Shown in pieces: positions 1-9,400 of a stretch of DNA of 18,845 nt (positions are counted from its first letter, which is position 1; every line of letters starts with the position of its first letter). The notes under the pieces are model-generated. The model did not search any database. It was not told the DNA's origin and saw nothing but the letters and a program-made list of their open reading frames with translations. Location of the stretch: assembly GCA_965612865.1 (NCBI GenBank), contig CBFDTJ010000024.1, positions 1 to 18,845 on the forward strand. Reading direction: 5' to 3'. The position numbers and the translations under genes are program-made. This stretch comes from an uncultured bacterium (GTDB lineage: Bacteria; Caldisericota; Caldisericia; B22-G15).

Positions 1-3
1 TTT

Positions 4-69
4 CAAGCAGAAGACGGCATACGAGATCATGCCTAGTCTCGTGGGCTCGGAGATGTGTATAAGAGACAG
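4..69 (+). other. Illumina Nextera i7 adapter (sequencing artefact)
   Basis: CAAGCAGAAGACGGCATACGAGAT (P7, 4-27), 8-nt index CATGCCTA (28-35, which I recall as N706), GTCTCGTGGGCTCGG (36-50) and Tn5 mosaic end AGATGTGTATAAGAGACAG (51-69). Its reverse strand gives the spurious peptide CLLYTSPSPRD* at the end of ORF 33..884. Confidence 0.99.
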
Positions 70-884
70 TTTATGTATATGTCATTTGGAATCTTTATAT
101 TTACCCCATGAACCCCTAATTCTTTAAGTGTTCTTCCCACAGATAGAGCAGAGAGGAGTGGAAGAGCGTATATAGATTTAAAAGGTTTTTCCGTTAGTGA
201 AAACCATAAACCTCCTCTGTTAGAGACCCATAAACTCCCCTTCCTTCCTCTTCCTTCGGTCTGAATGGAGCTTACCACTAAAGTATTCTTAGAAAAGTTC
301 TTTTTCAAAAACTTCTGTGTTGAAGGAAGAATCTCAAATAAGAATAGATTGTAGGGAATGTTTATAAGGTTAAGATTAAACTCTGAGAAGACATCTCTTT
401 TAAAGGAAAAATCTTCAATTTTTTTAACATCTTTCGAGGATTTAACAGTAAATAACTCACATACCTTCTTTCCTCTTTCAGGATCAATAAATTCCCCCTC
501 TACTTCAAGAAGTGGTACTATAACAAAATTTCTATCTCTGTATTCTTTATGTGGAATTTTTAAATCCTCTTCCTTAAGAATAACATCTTCATAGAATATA
601 ATATCCACATCTATCTCTCTTGGTCCCCATCTGAATCTTTCTCTTCTCCCCATCTCTTTCTCCACCTTCTTTATAAAGAAAAGAAGGTTTCTTGGATTAA
701 GACCTGTTTCTCCAGAGACTACCACATTGAAAAATTTGTTCTGCTTCCTGTATCCCCATGGCTCTGTTTCGTAAAGAGATGAAACTTTTTCTATATGAAT
801 CTTCTCCCTTAGTTTTGAAATGGTTTTTATAATTGTTTTTCTTCTATCTCCAATATTGCTTCCAAGAGAGAGAACAACTTTCAT
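70..884 (-). CDS. folK: FolK (HPPK) fused in frame to a biotin--protein ligase (BirA/BPL) catalytic domain; 3' end missing because the contig runs into adapter
   Basis: The N-terminal ~145 aa have HPPK motifs SLGSNIGDR, SSLYETEPWG, RWGPREIDVDII, IPH and RNFVIVPL. The C-terminal part has BPL motifs ST(Q), QTEGRGRKGSLW, GLWFS and IKIPNDIYIN. No stop lies between them. ATGA overlap with the upstream gene. Confidence 0.88.
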
Positions 885-1678
885 TCTTTACTCTTCAATG
901 TAAAAAGCGTTATCTCTGGGGGACACATGAATCTGATGGGAAAAACTGAAAGTCCTATACCTCTATTTACATAGAGCTTTCCCCATTTCGTTTCATACAT
1001 TCCCCTTATGTAATTTGTTTCTGTGGGAGCCCAGAAAGGTTTAACGAAAGGAATGTTTACCTGTCCACCGTGAGTATGACCACAGATGATAAGATCAAAT
1101 TTCTCATCCTTAAGATGATTTACAATGCACGGTGCGTGAGAAAGAAGTATTGTAAATTTCTTTTTGTTTAGTCCCATTGTTGCTTTTCTTATATCATCAT
1201 GTCCGGTGTATGAATCGCTCACACCAACGATGTTTATAAAATCTCCGTTTTTAAAGTAGAACCTATTGTCGTTTATTAAGACCTCAATTCCAGCACTTTT
1301 AAGTGTGGTTATAAGGGGATCAATATCTCCTGCCCAATAGTCCCAGTTTCCAAGCACTGCATAAGCTTTTACCTTCAACTCTTTTACAAACTCTTTAACC
1401 TCTGAAAGTTTATTCAATTTCTCATAGAAATCCCCGGTTAAGAAGATGACATCTGGTTTTAGAGCTTTAATGAGAAAAAGTGCTTCCTTTTCCCTTACAC
1501 CAAAATTTTTTATGTGCAGGTCCGAAATCTCAAGAATTTTTATCTCCCCCATATCCTTTGAAATCTTTTCTGACTCAATGATTATCCTCGTTACAGTTAT
1601 TATGTTCGGTTCAATAATAAATATGTATACAAGGAAAAGGGAGATTAAAATTATAAACCACTTTAAAAATTTCTTCAT
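881..1678 (-). CDS. Membrane-anchored calcineurin-like metallophosphoesterase (YkuE/YaeI-like)
   Basis: N-terminal hydrophobic helix followed by IEP; motifs SDLH, TGDF, GNWD, LLSHAP, GHTHGGQ, VNRGIG and PIRFMCPPEI. Confidence 0.92.
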   Translation of the reverse strand: MKKFLKWFIILISLFLVYIFIIEPNIITVTRIIIESEKISKDMGEIKILEISDLHIKNFGVREKEALFLIKALKPDVIFLTGDFYEKLNKLSEVKEFVKELKVKAYAVLGNWDYWAGDIDPLITTLKSAGIEVLINDNRFYFKNGDFINIVGVSDSYTGHDDIRKATMGLNKKKFTILLSHAPCIVNHLKDEKFDLIICGHTHGGQVNIPFVKPFWAPTETNYIRGMYETKWGKLYVNRGIGLSVFPIRFMCPPEITLFTLKSKE

Positions 1679-2097
1679 AGATTTAAAAGAGGAAGTCCGT
1701 CTGAAATCTTTCTTTTTATCTTTGCGTTGGATATAAGAATTGCCATTTCTATAAATGTATGCACTTCTCCGTCAACAAGATGTCCACCAACTGCTTTTTT
1801 GTCTTTATCTCCAAGATAGACATGAATATGATATGGCTTCTCTTCTCCTTTAAGAATAAATCCGCTGAAGCCAAGAAGCTCAAAGGGGCCGGAAAAGAAG
1901 GAATTTTCATACTTTACTGTCTCTCCGTCATACAATCCATAACCTATCTCAACATTTTTAATCATTCCCAGTGCAGTTAAAATCACCCCTGTTTCTTCCA
2001 TTCTTGGGTCTTCAATAAGCTTTATCATGGATTCTGAGATTTTTTCTCCCTTTTCAAACACTGCAAAAAGTATATCTCCTTCCTTTTTTATTCGCAT
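1675..2097 (-). CDS. PPC-domain (DUF296) protein
   Basis: About 140 aa with the family motifs FELLGFSG, HIHVYLGD and VGGHL; overlaps and abuts its neighbours in the operon. Confidence 0.88.
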   Translation of the reverse strand: MRIKKEGDILFAVFEKGEKISESMIKLIEDPRMEETGVILTALGMIKNVEIGYGLYDGETVKYENSFFSGPFELLGFSGFILKGEEKPYHIHVYLGDKDKKAVGGHLVDGEVHTFIEMAILISNAKIKRKISDGLPLLNL

Positions 2098-2979
2098 TCA
2101 AACCTCCCTTAATACGAGTTTTCTTTCAAAGTTAATCCCCTCCTGGAGGGATATAGAGAGAGCCTTCTTTATACTATCTATGTAGTCACTACCACTATCA
2201 AGAAAGTATGAAATTGCACCTATAAACCTGTCTCTAAAACCGTCTCTATCATTTCCATTAAATTTTTCAGGAGAAAGAAGGTGATAGACTTTCTCCTCAA
2301 AGTTGAAGAGAACACTTCCCTTTTCAAAGTTAACTATGATAATTTCAGGTTTTGGTCCTTTTACTGTTTTTATCCTTCTTGCTGGAGAAACGAGAGATGA
2401 ACCACAGATTTTATCAAAATCTGGTTTATCAACCCTTGCAATGGTTGGACTCCCTTTTATACCTTCAATAAGCGGTTCTCCCTCTGCATCAAGTATTGTA
2501 ATTTTGCCGGCATCCTTTGCAATGGTAATAAGTCTAAAGTATATATTTTCAGGAACTCCAGAAGGTATACTTCCAGAAAGAAGCACCACATCAAAATCCT
2601 TTACAATTTCTTTAAACTTATCTACAAATCCTTTTGTGTCAATGGGAGAGAGAAGCGGTCCGACCTCAGACACATCAGTTCTTAAGCCTTTTTCGTCAAA
2701 TATCTTTATTGAAATTCTACTTTCCTCTTCTGTTACATAAAAATCTGTGTCAATACCTTCTCTTTTGAGTTCCTCTTCTATATACTCACCAGTCTTTCCC
2801 CCTATTATCCCCGTTATGAGAACTTCTCCTCCTATCTTTTTAATAAATCTTGCTGCGTTTATTCCCCTTCCACCTGAACTTTCCCTTGTTATTTCAATCT
2901 TGTTCATCTTTCCAACTTGAAACCTCTTAACTCTTCCAATCTTTTCAATTTTTGGATTCAGGGAAACAGATAAAATCAT
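2098..2979 (-). CDS. 1-phosphofructokinase/LacC-like PfkB-family protein with degenerate ATP-binding motifs
   Basis: [47 protein letters not shown] and ILDAEG match the FruK/LacC subfamily. The C-terminal GAGD signature appears as GFRD. Confidence 0.82.
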   Translation of the reverse strand: MILSVSLNPKIEKIGRVKRFQVGKMNKIEITRESSGGRGINAARFIKKIGGEVLITGIIGGKTGEYIEEELKREGIDTDFYVTEEESRISIKIFDEKGLRTDVSEVGPLLSPIDTKGFVDKFKEIVKDFDVVLLSGSIPSGVPENIYFRLITIAKDAGKITILDAEGEPLIEGIKGSPTIARVDKPDFDKICGSSLVSPARRIKTVKGPKPEIIIVNFEKGSVLFNFEEKVYHLLSPEKFNGNDRDGFRDRFIGAISYFLDSGSDYIDSIKKALSISLQEGINFERKLVLREV

Positions 2980-4970
2980 TTCTTCTCCTTTCTTTTAAGA
3001 AGTTTTTCCAGTTCAAAAATCTTATCTCTAATTCGCGCAGCCTCTTCAAAATCAAGAATTTCAGCCTTAAGATACATCTCCTCCTCAAGTTCCATGATAA
3101 GATAAATAATCTCCTCGCGAGAGAGATTCTCCCAAGACTCCTCAATCTCTTCTTTTCCTTTGTAAGGAAGATCTATCAAGTCCTTTAGCGCCTTTCTAAT
3201 GGTCTCAGGTTTTATACCATGTTTTTTATTATACTCCATTTGAACTTTTCTTCTCCTGTTAGTTTCATCTATCGCTTTCTTCATGGACTCTGTTACATTA
3301 TCAGCATACATTATAACCTTCCCGCTCACATTCCTCGCAGCTCTTCCTATGGTCTGAATCAAGGATACGAAAGATCTTAAAAATCCTTCTTTATCTGCAT
3401 CAAGTATTGCAACGAGGGAAACCTCTGGAAGATCAAGTCCCTCCCTCAATAGATTTATTCCTACGAGGCAATCAAACTCTCCTGCTCTCAGTTCCCTTAA
3501 AATTTCTGCCCTCTTTATGGTGTCAATATCTGAATGAAGATACTTTACCTTAAGACCCTTTTCTATGAGATACTCTGTCAAATCCTCTGCCATTCTCTTT
3601 GTTAGTGTTGTAACAAGCACCCTTTCGTTTCTTTCAACCCTTTTATTTATCTCATTAATTAAATCGTTAATCTGGTTTTCAGTTGGTCTTACTTCCACCT
3701 CGGGATCCACAAGACCTGTTGGTCTTATGAGTTGTTCCACCACCTGTTCTGAAACGGAAAGCTCATAATCTGATGGGGTTGCTGAAACAAAGATAACCTG
3801 ATTTACCCTCTCAAGGAATTCGTCAAACTTAAGAGGTCTATTGTCAAGGGCAGAAGGGAGCCTGAATCCATATTCAACAAGGGTCTCCTTTCTTGATCTA
3901 TCTCCAAGATACATTCCCCTGACCTGAGGAACTGTAATGTGTGATTCGTCAATAAATGTTATGTAATCTTCAGGAAAGTAGTCAAGAATTGTGTAGGGTG
4001 GCTCTCCCGGCTTTCTTCCAGAGAAGTGCCTTGTGTAATTCTCAATCCCCTTACAGTATCCAGTTTCAAGAAGCATCTCAATATCAAAATTTGTCCTCTG
4101 AAGGAGCCTTTCTGCTTCAAGATACTTACCCTTTCTTTTGAAATACTCAACCCTCTCTTTAAGTTCTCTTCTTATACTTTTAACAGCTCTTTTAATTCTT
4201 TCCTCTGTAGTTAAAAATTGTTTTGCAGGAAAGAAGACAAAGGATTCTTTTTCCTCTATTTTTGTCCCAAGGAGTGGATCAATTAGACTTATGCTTTCCA
4301 CCTCGTCTCCAAAAAATTCAATCCTTACTGCCACATCCATCTCTGTTGGAAAGACATCCACTGTATCTCCTCTCACCCTTATTCTTCCTCTTGAAAAATC
4401 TATATCATTTCTTTCGTATTGAAGGACAATCAAATCTCTTACAAAGGATCTTCTATCCACTCTATCTCCAACTTTTATAGTTATAAGTCCCTTTAAAAAT
4501 TCTGTGGGATCGTCCCATCCGTATATACATGAGACAGAGGAGACAACTATAACATCCCTCCTCTCCATCAAACTCCTTAAGGTTTTGTGTCTTAACTTAA
4601 CTATGTCTTCGTTTATATCGGCATCCTTTTCAATGTAGAGGTCAGATTGTGGGACATAGGCCTCTGGCTGATAGTAATCATAATAACTTACGAAGTATTC
4701 CACTGCGTTGTGTGGGAAGAGATCTCTAAATTCAGAGTAAAGCTGTGCTGCAAGAGTTTTGTTGTGGGAAAGAACAAGTGTTGGTCTGTTGACTCTTGCA
4801 ATAACCTGAGCCATTGTATATGTTTTTCCTGAACCTGTAACACCAAGAAGAGTTTGAAATCTAAGCCCTTTTTTTATTCCTTTAACGAGTTTTTCAATTG
4901 CTTGAGGCTGGTCTCCCTTTGGTTCATAATCAGAGACCAGTATAAATTTATCCCTTTCTTTTAATCTCAC
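2976..4970 (-). CDS. uvrB: Excinuclease ABC subunit B
   Basis: [82 protein letters not shown] and a C-terminal UVR coil (FEEAARIRD). GTG start. Confidence 0.99.
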   Translation of the reverse strand: MRLKERDKFILVSDYEPKGDQPQAIEKLVKGIKKGLRFQTLLGVTGSGKTYTMAQVIARVNRPTLVLSHNKTLAAQLYSEFRDLFPHNAVEYFVSYYDYYQPEAYVPQSDLYIEKDADINEDIVKLRHKTLRSLMERRDVIVVSSVSCIYGWDDPTEFLKGLITIKVGDRVDRRSFVRDLIVLQYERNDIDFSRGRIRVRGDTVDVFPTEMDVAVRIEFFGDEVESISLIDPLLGTKIEEKESFVFFPAKQFLTTEERIKRAVKSIRRELKERVEYFKRKGKYLEAERLLQRTNFDIEMLLETGYCKGIENYTRHFSGRKPGEPPYTILDYFPEDYITFIDESHITVPQVRGMYLGDRSRKETLVEYGFRLPSALDNRPLKFDEFLERVNQVIFVSATPSDYELSVSEQVVEQLIRPTGLVDPEVEVRPTENQINDLINEINKRVERNERVLVTTLTKRMAEDLTEYLIEKGLKVKYLHSDIDTIKRAEILRELRAGEFDCLVGINLLREGLDLPEVSLVAILDADKEGFLRSFVSLIQTIGRAARNVSGKVIMYADNVTESMKKAIDETNRRRKVQMEYNKKHGIKPETIRKALKDLIDLPYKGKEEIEESWENLSREEIIYLIMELEEEMYLKAEILDFEEAARIRDKIFELEKLLKRKEKK

Positions 4971-4976
4971 ACTTTA

Positions 4977-4982
4977 ATTTTA
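4977..4982 (-). promoter_or_regulatory. Putative -10 box for a leaderless uvrB transcript
   Basis: TAAAAT lies 6 nt upstream of the GTG start and there is no Shine-Dalgarno. The region is very AT-rich, so a chance match is possible. Confidence 0.45.
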
Positions 4983-5024
4983 TATTAAATAATTAAATTT
5001 TAAAGAATTTTTAACGGGCTTCAC

Positions 5025-5054
5025 TTGACAAAATTATTATATATTTTATATAAT
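5025..5054 (+). promoter_or_regulatory. Consensus sigma70-type promoter for paralogues A and B
   Basis: TTGACA (5025-5030), 18-bp spacer, TATAAT (5049-5054); GAGGTG Shine-Dalgarno just before ATG 5091. Confidence 0.8.
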
Positions 5055-5090
5055 TAGTTCAACAAACTAACAGAGGGTAAGAGGTGAAGT

Positions 5091-6422
5091 ATGAGAAGGT
5101 TTAAGTTAATTCTTTTTATTTCTTTGTTAGTTTTAGCCACATCATTTTTAAGTATTGGAGTATCCAACAACTCCATAAAACCAGCCTATGGACTCTCAGG
5201 ATGGAGTGGTTATTACTTTGTAGAGATTGATAATAGTAAACCAGGTTCAACAGCACTTACAGATTACCAGATCAAAATAGTTATTGATTCATCTCATACA
5301 GATTTCTGGGATAAAGTTCAACCTTATGCAAAGGATGTAAGATTCACAGAAGAAGATGGAGAAACGCTTCTTCCTTACTGGATAGAGAAGTGGGATTATG
5401 CAAACAGAAAAGCAACTATATGGGTTAAAGTTCCAAATATTCCTGTGGGAATTAAATACATATATATGTGGTATGGAAATTCATCTGCCACAGGAAATGG
5501 TTGGCATACAAACCCAGACAATCCAACATCAGGATGGTGGGCTGGAGATGGAGATAACACCTTCATCTTCTTTGATGACTTTGAGGGAGTAAACATTAAC
5601 ACAGAGAAATGGAAAGAGAAAAGCTGGAGCTGGGCAGAGGTTGGTGTGGGAAATGGTAAACTTCGTGTCTTAATACTGCGGCGTCACTTCTCTTTTGCTG
5701 GTATTGAATCTAAGCAAGCAATTGATGAAATAGATATCGTTTGGGAAACACGATATGAAATACCAAGTGCAAATTATGAGGATGCAAGAATTAGACTTCG
5801 TTTAGAGGATGTAAATTTACATGGTGATTATGGTATCTTTGGTTCTAATTCTTGTGAATATTTTTGGAAAGTAAATACAGGGGTTAAGCCTACTCTTGAC
5901 AAATGGATGAAGTCTATTCAAACACTTTATTCAAATGGTAGCAAATTTAAATGGGAAACATTTAAAGAGGATGGAACTCCAGAACTCACATCAGATATAG
6001 CAAATTCTTCAGTAACATCTGGATCAGACAAGAAAATCTATTTAAGATGTGGAGATGCTACACCGTATAACGACTATGATGGCAAGATGTATGTTGACTA
6101 TGTATTTGTCCGTAAATATGCGAGCAAAGAACCAAAAATTTCTATATTAACATCCTTAATTCAAGGTACAGACAGAAGAGAAGGATACTTTGAGTTCTTT
6201 GTGAATAGAGAGAATGAAACATGGCTACTCAGAATACCAGATAAAGGATACACCACAGGATGGATGCCTTTTAACAGACTCAGAGATGCAGGAAGTTTTA
6301 TGTCTGGTTATTATGCAGATAGGAGATACCATCTTCTCTTTGATTGGTATCCATCAGGGAGATGCCACCTTATATTCAATGATAGGAGGCAAGGAATAAG
6401 TATTAAGTATGGAGGAAGATGA
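5091..6422 (+). CDS. Secreted DUF2341-like protein with shared 88-aa C-terminal domain (paralogue A)
   Basis: Signal peptide MRRFKLILFISLLVLATSFLSIG...AYG. DUF2341-type pattern DVRFTEEDGETLLPYWIEKWD...ATIWVKVP...IYMWYGN, then FIFFDDFEG...VDYVFVRKY. The C-terminal domain is shared with B and C. Confidence 0.85.
   Translation: MRRFKLILFISLLVLATSFLSIGVSNNSIKPAYGLSGWSGYYFVEIDNSKPGSTALTDYQIKIVIDSSHTDFWDKVQPYAKDVRFTEEDGETLLPYWIEKWDYANRKATIWVKVPNIPVGIKYIYMWYGNSSATGNGWHTNPDNPTSGWWAGDGDNTFIFFDDFEGVNINTEKWKEKSWSWAEVGVGNGKLRVLILRRHFSFAGIESKQAIDEIDIVWETRYEIPSANYEDARIRLRLEDVNLHGDYGIFGSNSCEYFWKVNTGVKPTLDKWMKSIQTLYSNGSKFKWETFKEDGTPELTSDIANSSVTSGSDKKIYLRCGDATPYNDYDGKMYVDYVFVRKYASKEPKISILTSLIQGTDRREGYFEFFVNRENETWLLRIPDKGYTTGWMPFNRLRDAGSFMSGYYADRRYHLLFDWYPSGRCHLIFNDRRQGISIKYGGR
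5355..5400. repeat. 46-bp exact block, inverted copy at 17480-17525; 25 bp of it also occurs directly at 6738-6762
   Basis: gatggagaaacgcttcttccttactggatagagaagtgggattatg is identical to the reverse complement of 17480-17525. Confidence 0.95.
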
Positions 6423-6463
6423 GCTGAGAGAATTCTATATTGCTAAGAAAAAGGAAGGGAGAA

Positions 6464-9400
6464 ATGAAGAGAATTGTTTGTTCTTTAATCTTTATTTCTC
6501 TAATCTTTTCAATGCTTGTATTTTCTCCAAAGCATGTAAAGTCTTCTGATCCCTGGTATGATTTAAATTATAAGCACAGAATAAAGGTTACTCTAAAGTT
6601 TAAGGGCAATTTTTATTGGACTGGAAATAATCCAATAAAAATTGAATTGACAGGGTACAATGTCCCTTCTTTTTGGCAATTTGTTCAATCGGATGCAAGA
6701 GATATAGTGGTTACAGATGAAGATGGCGATGAACTCTCTTACTGGATAGAGAAGTGGGATTACAGTGGCAAAGACGCAGTAATATGGATAAATTTTTACT
6801 ATCCTGGTATGTTAGGTATATGGTCAGATAGTAATATAGCTTACATATACTATGGAAACGATTCTGCAACAGGAAGTGGATGGCATACAGATCCAGATGG
6901 TGGAGGATGGTTTGCTGGAAATGGAGATGGAACTTTTGACTTCTTTGATGATTTCGAAGGTAGTGATATAGATACAGGAAAGTGGGACAAGGATTGTAGT
7001 GATGAGAGCAGCGGGGGGTTAACGCAGGAGGATGGGGTTGTAGAGTTAATTGTGTATCCTATATATCCACTAGGGACAACTGGTCATTCAGGTATGGATT
7101 CGAAATATTACGCTGGCCACGAACAGTTTTGCTGGGAGACAAGGTTTAAACTCATAAGAGATGACTATCTCTATGCCTATAGGAACATAATAAATGTGCT
7201 TGGAGATTTTGACATTGATGGAGATGGTGATATTGACGATAATGACGAATATGGCTATCGTGGCAAAAGCTCTCCTATCTTTGGTACCTTATGGTATTAC
7301 TGGGGAGATTACACAGATAAAGAGATAGAAAGAAATAAATGGTTTAAAGACATACAATTCTGTGATATGGTTAATAACCACAACACATTTAAATGGTCTG
7401 TATACAAAGATGTGAATGGTCCACTGGATTTTGAAAGAACAGCTTCTATAAAGAATGGAAATGTTGATGGAAAGATAAGGTTCTTTACTGGCAAGAGTGG
7501 TACTAACCTTACTCTTGCTGGACATTTAGTTGTTGACTATGTCTTTTCATATAAACCACCTTCTTATCCTCTCGACTTTATCATTTTTAGAGAGGAAAAC
7601 CTTGTAGACCTCTCTGTCTCAACATCTTCAAATCCAAGCAACCTTATATACAATGGAGGAAATGTTGAATTCAAAGCAACTGTCTCTAATAATTCTGAAG
7701 CTGATACATCAAATGTTACAGTGAAGTGTTATCTTCCTTCAAATTGTGAGGTTCAATCAATCAGTGTATCATCAGGTTCATATACCTATGATTCCAACAC
7801 TATAACATGGACTATACCTACTCTCTCATCAAACAGCAATGAAACTCTAACAGTGGAAGAGAAGGCAACATCTCCAGGTGATGCAACATTTAAAGCTACC
7901 ATAGAGAACTTTGATGATCATGATACAGATACCTCAAACAACTCCTCCTCCACAACTATACCTGTGTATCCAGCAGCAAATGTTTCAGCTTCAAAGGAAG
8001 CTCCAGAAGAAGTGATAGCTGGATCTACAATTACTTACACCATAAATGCTTACAACTCAGGACCAGATCCTGCGGAGAATGTTAGGATTATGGATGATCT
8101 GCCCCCAGAAACTTTTGGTCCCATATATGGAATCTACTCTGAAGATGGAGGGCAGACATGGGAATACATACCGGATGGATGGACTGGAAACTTCACATTC
8201 CCAGACCCTCTTCCACCAGGTGCTACCTTTAAAGTAAGGATAGTGAGGACAGTGGATCCAGCAGTAGAGGAAGGTAAATACATAACAAATTATGCAGAAG
8301 TTACATCTACCACAAAGAAATCTGATGGAACATCAAATTATTTTCAAACACCGACTGTTTACACTAAGGTGGTAACTCAGGCTCTCTTAGAGATAGAAAA
8401 GACTGATTCTCCAGATCCAGTAGTTGCTGGGGAGACCCTCACATATACCATAACAATAACAAACAATGGACCAAGTTATGCAAGGAATGTAACACTTACA
8501 GACAATATACCAGATGAGATAGAGAATCCTCAGTTTAGATACAGAATCTCCTCCAATGGAGGAAATACATGGGGTGATTGGAGCGATTGGAGTTCATGGA
8601 GTAGTCCATACAACTTAGGAACACTTCCCAATGGAGAGAAGTTTGAGGTGGAGATAAGGGGGACAGTGGATCCTTCTACTCCTGATAATTCAACCATAAC
8701 AAATACTGCTTCTGTGTCATCAGATGCAGAGGATCTAAATACTTACAACAACACTGATACTGAGAATACTACTGTAAAAACTAAAGCAGACCTCCTATCA
8801 ATAAAGATAGATGATACAGATCCAGTGGTTGCAGGTGAGGTTCTTACATACACAATAACTATAACAAACAATGGACCAAGTTATGCAAGGAATGTAACAC
8901 TTACAGACAATATACCAGATGAGATAGAGAATCCTGAGTTTAGATATAGAATCTCATCCAACGGAGGAACAACTTGGGGTGATTGGAGTGATTGGAGTTC
9001 ATGGAGTGGTTCCTACAACTTAGGAACACTTCCCAATGGAGAGAAGTTTGAAGTGGAGATAAGGGGGACTGTGGATCCTTCAACCTTAGAAGGAAGTGTT
9101 ATAACAAATACTGCTTCTGTGTCATCAGATACAGAGGATCCAGATGAGGGTAATAATACTGATACAGAGGATACGGGGGTAATAACAAGGGCAGATCTTT
9201 CAATAACAAAGACTCTAGCTAAGGATACCAATCTTGTTGAGACAGAGATAGAGTATACAATAGAGGTTAAGAATAATGGACCAAGTTATGCAAGGAATGT
9301 AAGGGTGATGGATGAGATACCAGAGGGATTACTGTTTGTTTCATACACATCAACAAAGGGAGTATACAATCCAAATACAGGAGTATGGAGTATAGGAGAT

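Noticed and set aside
51..69. Tn5 mosaic end as evidence of a transposon
   Set aside because: It is embedded in the complete Illumina adapter at the contig end, and no transposase is present.
4971..5024. LexA/SOS box upstream of uvrB
   Set aside because: There is no CTGT-N8-ACAG or GAAC-N4-GTTC match, and the AT-only dyads are expected by chance.
6156..6419. Shared tail as an autotransporter barrel, sortase signal or ubiquitin-like GG terminus
   Set aside because: It is too short for a classical autotransporter barrel, has no hydrophobic helix or LPXTG, ends in GGR rather than GG, and shows no recognisable beta-grasp pattern.
8466..9302. 28-bp sequence repeated three times, as a possible CRISPR array
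   Set aside because: The spacing is about 405 bp, the repeat is in frame (NGPSYARNV) within DUF11 units, and there are no cas genes.
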